Source: Blastocatellia bacterium | GTDB lineage: Bacteria; Acidobacteriota; Blastocatellia; UBA7656 | Assembly: GCA_963765495.1 (NCBI GenBank) | Contig: CAVXWP010000013.1 | Coordinates: 64,001-128,000, forward strand | DNA length: 64,000 nt | Reading direction: 5' to 3' | Shown: in pieces, positions 19,201 through 28,361 of the stretch | Layout: each line of letters opens with the position of its first letter | How positions within the stretch are numbered: position 1 is the first letter of the stretch | Notes under the pieces: model-generated | Told to the model about the DNA's origin: nothing | Database searches by the model: none | The model's input: the letters and a program-made list of their open reading frames with translations, nothing else | Made by a program: the position numbers and the translations under genes

Positions 19201-19311
19201 GATAGAACCGGTATTGGCTGTCTGCGCGAAAATGGAAACCGGCGCAGAAGCTGCAAGCATTATCATCGTGATAACCCAAGAAGCTAATCCTTTAAAACCC
19301 AAGGTCTTCAT
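16201..19311 (-). CDS. TonB-dependent receptor (Oar-like, CarboxypepD_reg N-terminus)
   Basis: Signal peptide, SGVVKD..GA, LPVNGR, KSGSNTFHGS, NNFSPRIGFAY and C-terminal QFGFRFTF; ATG 19311 with GGAGG RBS. Confidence 0.92.
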   Translation of the reverse strand: MKTLGFKGLASWVITMIMLAASAPVSIFAQTANTGSISGVVKDQEGAVVAGARVTATNTATGAQRTTTTGDSGTFELPALVPAAYRLEIEAQGFAKYVQEPITVNALSRVSIDSELKPAGSTEQVTVTGESAPLIETGKTEVGGVINQRELESLPVNGRSFASLAVLVPGATLQPSFDPTKSRVGTFSVGGSTGRNLNITIDGGDNKDNAVGGILQNFTMESIQEFALSTQRFSAANGRSGGALLSVVSKSGSNTFHGSAFGFFRDDKFNANAPALLAKANSTLFDPGDAIKPPFNRQQFGGSVGGPIVKDKFFFFGAYERTRERGNSIVPTFAFNEIQLLEPLGYQAVRFLPQPFDDHQYTVKLDYNAASNHALSFRFAGQNNHGLNDQAGFLTVFTDLSGGNTTKNDLYNFLGSWTWTASSHIVNQFLYQFSDFDNQIGATTDLPLLTFPSLANGVGRNGNVPQQTLQRKHQFRDDLTWSKGKHGLKFGIDFTDVPKLGGLFAFLSAPEYDFGFDPSEIINNPNQFPQGFFTSQVRPGPITCGFIGVPGCSQADLDGLGVVVDTLLAGGNPSFDLRDGAKNISWYVQDDWKVSSRLTLNVGLRYDVDLGFFDANHQANNRTFRFLNIIGNPYGDRVVKDDKNNFSPRIGFAYDLFGDSRSVVRGGYGIYYDQSFLNVPLFAVQQANDEIYAFIVDDSPNLSLASPPPPFPRPLVNPPIGFPVTGRLIDPDFEAPYSQQFNAGFAQELWRNAAIEFDYVHILGLHEFTQLNINPRIGPLLGLQRTDPNPGRLLTPAILAHASELQAEFGQVVPFTNIRVAQSDGRSRYDALTISFKKRYANKFLLNAHYTLARTLAWFGIVSDFGLQPQNPFNKFDPAAEFGHTGEDERHRFVVSGVFDLPWGFQLAPILQLSSARPYSIFPAGGADINRDGVLNDRETRDGNDQDHLPPSTERGDNFSQVNLRVSKYINFNERAKLGLFFEAFNIFNTGNFGNSYGQTVGTPNFQKPVNFFGATGFSEPIGIPFQAQFGFRFTF

Positions 19312-19930
19312 CTGTAACCTCCTGTCATAAATCTCAAGTGTTGATATTCTCTTTACATCTGCAGAGCGAATGATAGGGCTGAAACATTGCAAGAAAAAAA
19401 GGCCGGAGAAATTTGTCGGAAGGCGTTGAACTCTTTTATAGTCAATCATTGGTGGAACACTAAATCGCAGGCCGGGAGAGTGCCCGACTGCCAATATCTG
19501 TCTTTTGTCTAACAGCAAGCGCGTCAGGCAAGTGAGTCGGCCCTTTCGACCGCTTATTCAAGCATTATCAATCGCTTCCGCGTCTGCTCTTTATAAAAAT
19601 GACCAATTGCGCCGTTATAGAACTTCCTGAGTGGCACGCAACATTTATTCCATCATCCATACTGTCAGGCTCTCCAGGCTAATATCTTAATAGGCCTGGA
19701 CTTAGCTGCGTCTGCAAGAGGTAATCGCTGTGTCTGGGCGGGGTTTGTTTACTGAATTTTGGATGTCTATCCGAAATTTTGGATTCAAAGAGAAAAAAAC
19801 CGTCGTTCGAGGCCGTGATTAGAAAGGATCAGAGAGGATAAATTCTGGTTGCGCGGAGTTGAAAATTAATCTCTCTCATTTGCACTCATCTGAAATCTCA
19901 GATCTCAAATCTCAGACCGGGTGAGGAGTC

Positions 19931-21229
19931 TCATTGCTTGCCCGGAGCATAATAACCGTCGCGGCTGTGGACATGGTATTCGGGATGATTTCGCACCTCT
20001 ATGCGCACGCGGCGAAAACTGCCGTCGCGTTCCGTGTTGGCAGGATAATAGCCGACCACGTAACGATTATTGATGTCTGAAAGTATTCGGGCATAGATAG
20101 CGTCGGCCTGCTCGGGCTTTTCAAGAAACGCGGTCCAGCCGCCGGTCAGTTCCGCAACACGCGCAGCCGCAGTTTGTGACAGGGCGAAACGATTCGTCAA
20201 TAACTCCACCTGAGTTCTTGAAAGCGGATTCTTTTCCGCGTGCTTCAGATATTGCTCTTCGGAATCAAACCCTTCGCGTTCGATGCGGGTAAGCAGCGCC
20301 CGCCCGCGATCATAGAGTTCTTCGGGCGCAAGACCTATCAACTGCTCGCCCGGTATTATTGTGTAAATCGTTGCTCGCGACCTCGCGGCTGCGCTGTAGA
20401 TGTCACCGAGTCCGTATTGGCGGGCAGGCATATTCCAGATGTAATCGGAGCCCGTAGGCTGATCCCTGAACGTCACGGCCTCATCCCCGTCGGTTTGAAA
20501 TATGATGACAGGGCGTGTGCCTTCGGTCTTGATCATCTCTCTCAGCGCGGCAAACAGCGCAGAAAATTGCAGGGTCCGCCCGCGTCGCTTCTCGCCGAAA
20601 GCCCTTTTCGCAAACAGGTCAAGAGCGCGTGTAAGCTCGGTTTTGTCGCTTGTGAAATCTATCAGCCGCTCTATATTGTCGGTCACTATGGCCATCTCAT
20701 CTGCGGGGCCGAGCCGCCTGATAAGCGTCTTCGCGGCGCGGATGCTCGCTTCGATGTAAGGCGTCTGAGAGCCGCTGTAATCAATTATGAGAATAATTGA
20801 TCGAGGCAGATTTTGATCGTCGCCGGGTGAGGCGGTAGCGACCTGTTGGCTTCGACCATCTTCGGTCACGAGAAAATCGTCTTTGCCAAGACCCGTGACA
20901 AATCGCGGAACTGTCGGGTCGGTTACGGTTATATCAAAAGCGACATAGAGCGTATCGAGTTTGAGCGCGCTTTCGTCCTTTAATCCCGGCTCCTCCGGCT
21001 TATTCTCACGCCTGTCCTTTGACTTTTCATTTGACTTCTCGACGGCCATTCCCTTTTTTGAATCCCACTTGAGGCGGTCGAGGCTCTTCCCGAATTTTTC
21101 CTGTTTTGACTTTCTATCGCTGCCGGATTGCGATAAACCGATACGCGCAAACATCACACAGGCAGCCGCTATGACCATTGACAGGAAAGCGCGCCGGTAG
21201 AGACTGGTTTTCTTTGTCATTAGTTTCAT
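19931..21229 (-). CDS. VWA-domain protein (Acidobacterial VWFA-related type)
   Basis: DYSGS MIDAS motif, TDGD and YVVGYYP..RDG.FRRVRIEV; signal peptide after ATG 21229/21220. Confidence 0.85.
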   Translation of the reverse strand: MKLMTKKTSLYRRAFLSMVIAAACVMFARIGLSQSGSDRKSKQEKFGKSLDRLKWDSKKGMAVEKSNEKSKDRRENKPEEPGLKDESALKLDTLYVAFDITVTDPTVPRFVTGLGKDDFLVTEDGRSQQVATASPGDDQNLPRSIILIIDYSGSQTPYIEASIRAAKTLIRRLGPADEMAIVTDNIERLIDFTSDKTELTRALDLFAKRAFGEKRRGRTLQFSALFAALREMIKTEGTRPVIIFQTDGDEAVTFRDQPTGSDYIWNMPARQYGLGDIYSAAARSRATIYTIIPGEQLIGLAPEELYDRGRALLTRIEREGFDSEEQYLKHAEKNPLSRTQVELLTNRFALSQTAAARVAELTGGWTAFLEKPEQADAIYARILSDINNRYVVGYYPANTERDGSFRRVRIEVRNHPEYHVHSRDGYYAPGKQ

Positions 21230-21341
21230 CGCAATATAAAAAAGCTTATCAGCTTTGCGCGACGGCGCGAAAGCATGACCAGTGCCGGTGATCGGATACA
21301 TCTTTTTTCTATGGATGGTGTGTGATACGCTCGCGACACGC

Positions 21342-21659
21342 ATGAAACCGCTCTTACTTGTCATACTCTCATCTGTTCTTTCGTTGACCTCGTGCCAATC
21401 AGACGGCAATGCAACCACGGCGTCTTCCGCGTTGGAGTCAAAATCTCAGCCGGAACCGCAAAGAAAATGCGTGAACCTCAATACCGCATCGGCCGAGGAG
21501 TTGATTGCGCTGCCCGGTGTCGGTGAAGTGAGAGCGCAAAAGATTATTCAGTATCGCGCAAACCACGGCCCGTTTCGCCGCCCGGAAGAGATAATAATCA
21601 TTGACGGTTTCAGCGAGCGCGAGTATCGCGTTCTTGCCCGTCTCATCTGCGTCGAATAG
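21342..21659 (+). CDS. ComEA-like helix-hairpin-helix DNA-binding lipoprotein
   Basis: VNLNTASAEELIALPGVG..RAQKII.YR..HGPF; lipobox LTSC. Confidence 0.85.
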   Translation: MKPLLLVILSSVLSLTSCQSDGNATTASSALESKSQPEPQRKCVNLNTASAEELIALPGVGEVRAQKIIQYRANHGPFRRPEEIIIIDGFSEREYRVLARLICVE

Positions 21660-21745
21660 AGAGTCGAGAGCCTTGGAGCCGAGATTGTGATTTGCTTCGT
21701 GGTGCTGTAAAGTAGACAGTTTCATAAAGAGCGCGAGGTCATATC

Positions 21746-22795
21746 ATGAAGGAAGAACTTCCGGTACTGGTCGAGGTTGTGCGAGGCGCTATCATAGAAG
21801 CGCGTCATCGCGGTGCAATAATTGCCGTCGAACCGGACGGGCATATAGTAGCCCGTCTCGGCGATGAAAAGCTCACTACATCGACTCGCTCGACCATCAA
21901 GCCTGTTCAGGCAATCCCGGTTATCACGAGCGGCGCGGCGGATCATTTCGATATCACGCCGCGTGAACTGGCCGTGATCTGCGCCTCGCACGATGGCGAA
22001 ACCATCCACACCGAAACCGTGGCCGGAATACTTGCCCGCCTTGGGCTTGAAGAAAGCGCGCTTATGTGTGGCGCTCACGCCCCTTACAATGAAGATGCGG
22101 CTCGCGCGCTCGAACTGAGCGGAGAAGCATTCACGCAACTTCATAACAACTGCTCGGGCAAACACACCGGGATGCTCGCCACTGCTCTCTTTAGAGGAAT
22201 CTCTTTAGAGGATTATGTCTCTGCCGATCACCCCGTTCAGCAAGAGGTCATTTCCATCCTCTCGCGCCTGGCCGAGCTCGATCAGAATCTGCCCACGGCC
22301 ATTGACGGATGCAGCGCGCCTACTTTCGGTATTCCGCTTGAATCGCTCGCGCTCTGTTTCGCCCGCCTGGTCGGTCCCTGGAGCGCCGAGCGGCAGACGC
22401 TTGATGGCGGGATTGTCGAGGCGGCCAAGCGAATAGTTGCCGCCATGACCGCGCACCCGGAGATGATCGGAGGCACAAAGGATCGGCTCGATACCGATTT
22501 GCTGAAGGTCGGAGCAGGCAAGCTGATTTGCAAGGTCGGCGCTGAGGCGGTCTATTCGGTAGGAGTTCTTCCCTGTCCACGGTTTCCGCGCGGACTTGGG
22601 ATCGCCATCAAGATTGAAGACGGCTCGTACAGGGGGTTGGGCGCGGCTGTTATTGAAACTCTTGCACAGCTTGGCGTGCTCGACAAATCTCAACAGGAAA
22701 AGCTTGAGATGTACCACAGGCCAAAACTATCGAATCGGCGCGGCATGGAAGTCGGTCAGGTTCACGCGGTATTCGATCTGGATTTCGCAGAATAA
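21746..22795 (+). CDS. L-asparaginase II (Rhizobium AnsA type)
   Basis: RSTIKPVQA, CASHDGE, NNCSGKH, DGC and KVGAEA motifs. Confidence 0.88.
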   Translation: MKEELPVLVEVVRGAIIEARHRGAIIAVEPDGHIVARLGDEKLTTSTRSTIKPVQAIPVITSGAADHFDITPRELAVICASHDGETIHTETVAGILARLGLEESALMCGAHAPYNEDAARALELSGEAFTQLHNNCSGKHTGMLATALFRGISLEDYVSADHPVQQEVISILSRLAELDQNLPTAIDGCSAPTFGIPLESLALCFARLVGPWSAERQTLDGGIVEAAKRIVAAMTAHPEMIGGTKDRLDTDLLKVGAGKLICKVGAEAVYSVGVLPCPRFPRGLGIAIKIEDGSYRGLGAAVIETLAQLGVLDKSQQEKLEMYHRPKLSNRRGMEVGQVHAVFDLDFAE

Positions 22796-22876
22796 GGATT
22801 GAAATAGTTCCCAACATAATCTGCTCGATAGAAGAGAAACCCGCTCGCGCCGTCTCAACCCTTGCGAGAAACAGGT

Positions 22877-22918
22877 ATTGAGAAGTCGCGATTGAGAAAC
22901 CGCGATTGAAAAACCGGA
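22877..22918. repeat. Degenerate 14-bp tandem repeat x3
   Basis: ATTGAGAAGTCGCG / ATTGAGAAACCGCG / ATTGAAAAACCGGA. Confidence 0.6.
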
Positions 22919-22979
22919 CACGGAAAATCATTCCACACAATCATATCCTGACATATCACCCCAAAAGAGCCGGGATGTG

Positions 22980-23192
22980 TTAAACCACAAGATCATCCAG
23001 AATTTTCTTTGCGAGCCATTCCCGGTCGAGCCGTCGGCGTATCTTGCGCCGACGGTCGGTCCCTTCGTTGTCTATCCAGGTGACCCCGTCAATCACTACA
23101 AGCGTATCGGCCGTGTAGCGCATAGAGCGTCTTCGCTCCTGTCTGCGGCGCTCACCTGAAATGCGCCGCTCAATACCATTCCATGTGGACAT
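22980..23192 (-). CDS. Small arginine-rich protein with ERR/DRR motifs
   Basis: 70 aa MSTWNGIERRISGERRRQERRR...DRRRKIRRR; GGAGG RBS before ATG 23192. Confidence 0.65.
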   Translation of the reverse strand: MSTWNGIERRISGERRRQERRRSMRYTADTLVVIDGVTWIDNEGTDRRRKIRRRLDREWLAKKILDDLVV

Positions 23193-23343
23193 ACAGCCTC
23201 CCCACCCGACGCGCCCTCGCGTCCTGGTACCCATTGAAAAATCTATTTAGAGTAGGAGCATTCACAATAAATAATCTCATTCGGGTTTCCCTACCTTTAT
23301 CCTGCCTGCAAATCGAACCCTGTTTGATAATCCCGCCGCCCCA

Positions 23344-23398
23344 GTCGGGCAATCTCCGTCGGGCAATCTCCGTCGGGCAATCTCAGCCGGGCAATTCC
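23344..23398. repeat. 14-bp tandem repeat x3 plus one diverged copy, spanning a stop codon
   Basis: GTCGGGCAATCTCC copies reaching the stop of 23383..23853; diverged copy inside the CDS. Confidence 0.85.
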
Positions 23399-23853
23399 AC
23401 CAGCATCATTCGATGAAAGAAAACCGGCTTCATTGGCCGCGCCTCATCTGCGGACTGGGAGTGTGACGGTTGCCTTTTAAGAGTGGCCTTGCTCCATCGC
23501 CTGCTCTCTTTGTTTCCATCAAGAGGCGGCACTGGCTTGTCTTCCATACCGACGGCTTCCTCTCTGATCGCTATGGCCTCTTTACATATGGTTTCAACCC
23601 TTTCCATCAGCCCTTGATGCTCCATGCGCAACGCCTCCGCCTTGAGACTCAGGCGGTTTATCTGAGTTTGACGTTCTTCTATTTCGCGTTTGAGCAGACA
23701 CTCTTCCTCCTCGTAGGTCGCCGCCCGTCGGCACAGTCCTGCCGCCTCATCCTCAAGGGCTTCGGCCATTTGATGGAGCATCCTGATCTTGACGCGGGAC
23801 GGCGCTGCCGGGCTGTCCTGCGATGCTTCTTTTGCTTCTAATGTGTTCATCAC
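23383..23853 (-). CDS. Hypothetical coiled-coil protein
   Basis: E/R-rich heptad region; co-oriented with and close to the diguanylate cyclase gene. Confidence 0.55.
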   Translation of the reverse strand: MMNTLEAKEASQDSPAAPSRVKIRMLHQMAEALEDEAAGLCRRAATYEEEECLLKREIEERQTQINRLSLKAEALRMEHQGLMERVETICKEAIAIREEAVGMEDKPVPPLDGNKESRRWSKATLKRQPSHSQSADEARPMKPVFFHRMMLVELPG

Positions 23854-23888
23854 TTTATTCCTGCTTTCAAAACATATTTATGAGGGCA

Positions 23889-26390
23889 TTAAATCCCAAT
23901 CGAATCTCTTTGAGAGGGCGCTGCGCGCACGGCCGACATGCCGCGCTTGCGCACAAGCTTATCTTCATACATCCGCTGGTCGGCCAGCTCCATCAATTCT
24001 TCTATCCCGTGGCCGTCCTCGCCGTAGACGGCATAACCTATCGAAATGCCTACGCGCGCCAGCCTTCCGGGCCTGACCTCGTGGCCGAAGTTATCAACTG
24101 CCTCCTGCAAACGGACCTTGAGATCGAGAGCCACTTCCGGGGTTGCGCGATGCAGAACGGCTACGAATTCATCGCCCGCGTAACGAATCAGCGTGTCATC
24201 GGTTCTCAGTTGCGCGCGGGCGGTCTGCGCGATGCGGCGCAAAATCTCGTCGCCTATGTGATGCCCGTAGGTGTCGTTGATCTTTTTGAATCCGTCCAGG
24301 TCCATCATCATTAGCACTAGCGGATACCCGTGGCGCTCGGCCCGGCTCCGCTCCTGGTCGAAATAGCTGTACATATAACGCGAGTTGGGCAGCCCGGTCA
24401 GATTGTCTGTCAGGGCCGACTCCTGCGTGCGCTCGAATACGACGGCATTACACAGGGCCGTAGCCGCGTGGCACGAGATGGTTTCCAGCAATCGCACCTC
24501 GTCGGCCGAATACCCGCGATCTTCTTCCGAGTAGAGCGCGAGCGCCCCTACAAGCAGGTCTTCGCGTATAAGCGGAAATATAGCCGTCGAGCGATAACGT
24601 GCCGCTTCGCGTCCGAGCGATCTTTGAAGATCGGCCAGAGGGCTTCCTCCAATCAGAACCTGTCGACGTTCGGCTACCCATCCGGCTCCGCCGTCTCCGA
24701 TATTCATCTGCTCGCCTTTGAGCAATTCCGCGTGCTTGCCCAGAGCATGCGCCGCGCGCAGGGAGTTGCCTTCGGCCAGATAGATGACCAGCGTAGTAAA
24801 GTTTGTTATCTTCTCGATCTTGCTCGCTATTATGGGCAGCACCTCGGAAATCTTTAAGGTCGCGCCGAGCGTCTGAGATATTTCATAAAGCGACAATACC
24901 TCCTGTTGCGCGGCGGCGATGTCGCCCAGAGCCTTTTCGGTGCGCGTCCTTGACCAGCTCTCTACCGTGTCTTCAAACAGAGGCCCGCTCGCCACCACCG
25001 GCTCGATTTTGGCCATCGAAACTTTCGCCGGATCAAGCACCGGCATCAGCTCTTCAATCGTGTCGAGCACGCCAAAGAACTCTTCAAGCACGATAGGGTC
25101 AAAGGTGCGCCCGGATTCCCTTCGCATCATTTCGAGCGCCTGCTCACGGTTATAGCAGGGGCGGTAGGCCCGGGTGGTTGTGAGCGCGTCGTAACAATCG
25201 ACTACCGTAAGTATTCGCGCGCCAAACGGGATATCCTTGCCCTTGAGGTGGCTCGGATACCCGGTTCCGTCATACTTTTCGTGATGATGTTTTACTATCG
25301 GGACCACTTCATAAGGAAACTCTACGTTGCTCAAAATATCGGCCCCGACCACCGGGTGAATCATTATCTTTGAGTACTCTGCCGAAGAGAGCTTGCCCGG
25401 TTTGTTCAAGATATGTTCGGGCACGGCGAGCTTGCCTATGTCGTGAAGCAGGGCGGCTGTCTTCAATCCTTCGATCTGATCTTCGGGGTAGCCGACTGCG
25501 CGAGCCAGACACTCTGCCATCACCCGCACCCGGTGTATATGTCCTCGCGCCATCTGGTCTTTGGCGTCTATGGCCATCGTGAGCGCTTCGATAGTGGCAA
25601 GGTGGAGTTTCGTCAGCTTTTCGATGTGCTGGTTTGATGCTTCGACTTTTCCAAGATATATCTTGTAAGTAAAGTAAGTCAGCAGCAGTATGGGAAGCGA
25701 AAGCAGAAACGAATAGAATCCGAAAACGGTGATAGCCTTCGCAATCACTCCGCTCACAACCATCCCTGTAAAGAAGGCCGTCGAAGTCCACAGATAATCT
25801 TCTCGCCAGGTCTTGATTACGCTTTTACCGCGCCAGAAGGCCACAGCTATCGCCACGATGCTTGTGTTGAGCAGATAGTTTGTAAGCGCCAGCACGCCCA
25901 GCGCGAGGACGAATTTGTCGAGCACCTGGCTGTCATAGACCAGCCTATCGAGCGGGCCAAATATCTTTGTCGCAAGCAGCGATGCCCCCATCACAGACAA
26001 ACTCATGGCGGCGACGTTTATCCCCATGGTTCTCACGCGCTTGATCCCGCGAAACGATCTCACTACCGCATCAATCGAGCCTATTATGGTCGCGGCCCAG
26101 GGGCCGAGCATCAACGCGCCGATATAGATGAGCGTGTCGGTTAATGTGAGTTTGCTGCGCACGCCCGGGATGTATACCTCTACGCGCCAGGTCACCATCA
26201 CAATCAGAATGAGCGATAGCATCCAATCGGGGCGCACAGGGTCGAGGCGCAGACGGTAAAGCGAGTAACCGAGCGCAATTGCGCCCGCTGACGATATGAC
26301 CGCCGTGTATATTTTTGCCTTGAGACTGAACGCTTGCTCCACACTCACCTCTTTTCCTGTAGGCAGCGCCGTTAGTGCTTTCATAAGCAA
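23889..26390 (-). CDS. Membrane sensor-HD-GYP-GAF-GGDEF c-di-GMP enzyme
   Basis: About 7 TM helices, HDIGK and HHEKYDGTGYP, GAF region, D.LTGLPN, DLDGFKKINDTYGH and RYAGDEF. Confidence 0.9.
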   Translation of the reverse strand: MLMKALTALPTGKEVSVEQAFSLKAKIYTAVISSAGAIALGYSLYRLRLDPVRPDWMLSLILIVMVTWRVEVYIPGVRSKLTLTDTLIYIGALMLGPWAATIIGSIDAVVRSFRGIKRVRTMGINVAAMSLSVMGASLLATKIFGPLDRLVYDSQVLDKFVLALGVLALTNYLLNTSIVAIAVAFWRGKSVIKTWREDYLWTSTAFFTGMVVSGVIAKAITVFGFYSFLLSLPILLLTYFTYKIYLGKVEASNQHIEKLTKLHLATIEALTMAIDAKDQMARGHIHRVRVMAECLARAVGYPEDQIEGLKTAALLHDIGKLAVPEHILNKPGKLSSAEYSKIMIHPVVGADILSNVEFPYEVVPIVKHHHEKYDGTGYPSHLKGKDIPFGARILTVVDCYDALTTTRAYRPCYNREQALEMMRRESGRTFDPIVLEEFFGVLDTIEELMPVLDPAKVSMAKIEPVVASGPLFEDTVESWSRTRTEKALGDIAAAQQEVLSLYEISQTLGATLKISEVLPIIASKIEKITNFTTLVIYLAEGNSLRAAHALGKHAELLKGEQMNIGDGGAGWVAERRQVLIGGSPLADLQRSLGREAARYRSTAIFPLIREDLLVGALALYSEEDRGYSADEVRLLETISCHAATALCNAVVFERTQESALTDNLTGLPNSRYMYSYFDQERSRAERHGYPLVLMMMDLDGFKKINDTYGHHIGDEILRRIAQTARAQLRTDDTLIRYAGDEFVAVLHRATPEVALDLKVRLQEAVDNFGHEVRPGRLARVGISIGYAVYGEDGHGIEELMELADQRMYEDKLVRKRGMSAVRAAPSQRDSIGI

Positions 26391-26425
26391 TCAACAGCGA
26401 GACCAAAGGCTCGCATCAAACAATA

Positions 26426-26441
26426 TTCAATGCCCGTGCCG
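26426..26441 (-). promoter_or_regulatory. Possible sigma54-type promoter (variant -12)
   Basis: Minus strand CGGCACGGGCATTGAA: strong -24 GGCAC, GA instead of GC at -12. Confidence 0.35.
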
Positions 26442-26588
26442 CAGGCATCTTTAATCGATATAAATATTTAAGAGGCTTTGTCTGCTCAAGTTAGCGGGCA
26501 TCTGATCGGGAACTATTTCGGAGTGTGGTAAACATCCACGGTCAATCTGCCAACCCGCTGATCGCCATTCAATCAATTTGACGCAAAA

Positions 26589-26705
26589 GCAGTAGGCAGT
26601 AGGCAGTTGATGCTAATTGACGGCTACTGCTAAAGAGAGCATGGCATATGCATATAAATAGGTGGTACCCAACTCCGGTACTATCAACTGCCTACTGCTT
26701 ACTGC
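26589..26705. repeat. Heptamer-arm palindromic element (GCAGTAG family), copy 1
   Basis: (GCAGTAG)n...(CTACTGC)n; loop shares ATATG.ATAT.A.TAG.TGGTA.CC...TCCGG.ACTA with copy at 63341. Confidence 0.8.
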
Positions 26706-27335
26706 TCACTCCCCGCCGGCGGATTTCAAATCGGCATCTCGTTTGTAGTAGTTGTAGCGCTCGATGATCTTCTGGACGTAATTGCGCGTGACGGGAAATT
26801 CTATGCGGGCGATAAACTCTTCCTGAGAGAGGTTGGAACGCTCGGAATTGGGGGCCCATCGCTCGACATTCGTAGGCCCGGCGTTGTAAGCCGCAAGCGC
26901 AACGGCCAGGCGATTGGATTCCTCTCTGTAGCGGTTGAGCAGCGATTGCAGATACCAGCAGCCCGCGTGCAGACTGATCTCGGGATCGCTGAAGGCTTCT
27001 TCAAAACTGGGCTCGCTGTTTGTTTGTGAGGTCTTCGATACCGTGGCTATGGCTTCTCTAAGAGTTCGAGACCGCGTTGAGGCCATCCATTCCTGAGCGG
27101 CTACGGGGGTGACCTGCATCAGACCGACGGCATTTTGCGCGCTCTGGGCTCGCGGATTGAAAAACGATTCTTCATAGATGATGGATTTGATCAGCGCCGG
27201 ATCGAGATCATACTTTCGCGCGACCGTGACTATCTGTTTGTCATAGCGATGAGTCCAGTAGTACCACGCGCCAAAGCCGCCGATCACGCCTATGAATATC
27301 AAAGCAAAAAGCAGGAGTAATACTTTACGCTTCAC
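26706..27335 (-). CDS. Lytic transglycosylase (SLT domain)
   Basis: IYEES.F, AVGLMQV, ALAAYNAG and TRNYV; N-terminal anchor. Confidence 0.9.
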   Translation of the reverse strand: MKRKVLLLLFALIFIGVIGGFGAWYYWTHRYDKQIVTVARKYDLDPALIKSIIYEESFFNPRAQSAQNAVGLMQVTPVAAQEWMASTRSRTLREAIATVSKTSQTNSEPSFEEAFSDPEISLHAGCWYLQSLLNRYREESNRLAVALAAYNAGPTNVERWAPNSERSNLSQEEFIARIEFPVTRNYVQKIIERYNYYKRDADLKSAGGE

Positions 27336-27350
27336 CAGGTCCGCCCCCTT

Positions 27351-28258
27351 TCAATTGTCACGGCGTAGCCCAGACCAAAAATCGCTCGGTTCGTAATCGC
27401 GGTCCACACCTTCGTAGCGAGCGGAGAGTTCGGCCGCTTCGAGCACATGCCCTTGCAGCCATATATTTGCAGTCAGATGGCTTCCTATCTCGATCTGCCC
27501 CTTGAGCGCGCGGCGGTTCATCAGAATTTCCAGCCGCATTCTTCCCGCATCAACGTATGCCCAGATCAGTTTGCTTGCCGTAAGAGGGTTTTCTACCTCT
27601 CTCCACGCAAGCACCCTGCCCGAGATTATATAGTCGTTCTCGCAGGCTTCGTCCACATATTCGGGCAACTGCTCGGCCAGCTCGAACCGAAAGGAGGGGG
27701 GCTCGGCTTTCTTGCGGCAATCCGACAGAGGTTCATCCGACAGAGGTTCATCCGACAGAGGTTCATCCGACAGAGGTTCGCCGTTGCCGCGTAGGCAAGA
27801 CCGGCGAGCGCAATGCGCAGGCGCGCCTCGCGAAACAGCCCCGTCTGAAGTTCGGTGAGGTTTTGAAGCTCAAGCACAACATCAAGACCCGTGGTCGTCG
27901 TGCCGCAAAGTATAGCCTCACCATCTTCATCGTACTCTATCAATTCCCAATCCTGAATCATCTGGAGGTACCGGCTGCGAAAGGCGGGGCGGCAATCTGC
28001 ATAATAAGAATCGCCGTCTCGCTCGTAAAGGATTGACCAGACTTCGAGCCCGTGCCCAATCTTCCAGCATCGCCCGTGCAGCGTGATATCCCTGCGATGT
28101 GAGTGGCTTCGCTCGCCGCTCGTCTCTACGTGTTCGGCCATCAGGTTATAGGCGTCCTCGTCGGTCACTTCAAATCCGATGGCGTCGAAAAGCTCGGCCA
28201 TCACAGTGCCGCTAAAGGATTCGGAATCGAATTGATGTTCGCTGGTCGGTTGGGACAT
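27351..28258 (-). pseudogene. Hypothetical gene split by a frameshift near 27790
   Basis: Upstream frame (...ALAGLAYA) and downstream frame (GEPLSD...RFELAEQLPEYVDE...WLQG) overlap and read as one protein; a 15-bp x4 repeat lies at the junction. Confidence 0.6.
27720..27779. repeat. Perfect 15-bp tandem repeat x4
   Basis: ATCCGACAGAGGTTC x4 (EPLSD x4 in the downstream frame). Confidence 0.95.
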
Positions 28259-28262
28259 CTCT

Positions 28263-28361
28263 TTAGATTTTGGATTTTGGATTTTAGATTTTAGATTTTG
28301 GAAGCCGAGAACCGGCAAGGCTTTTTCTCAATCCAAAATCCAAAATCTAAAATCCAAAATC
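28263..28361. repeat. Heptamer-arm palindromic element (GATTTTR family)
   Basis: (GATTTTG/A)x5...(CCAAAAT/CTAAAAT)x4; right arm overlaps the protease gene stop. Confidence 0.85.

Noticed and set aside
19312-19930. Riboswitch or sRNA upstream of the TonB-dependent receptor
   Set aside because: Long intergenic region, but no cobalamin, TPP or other motif or convincing structure was found by eye
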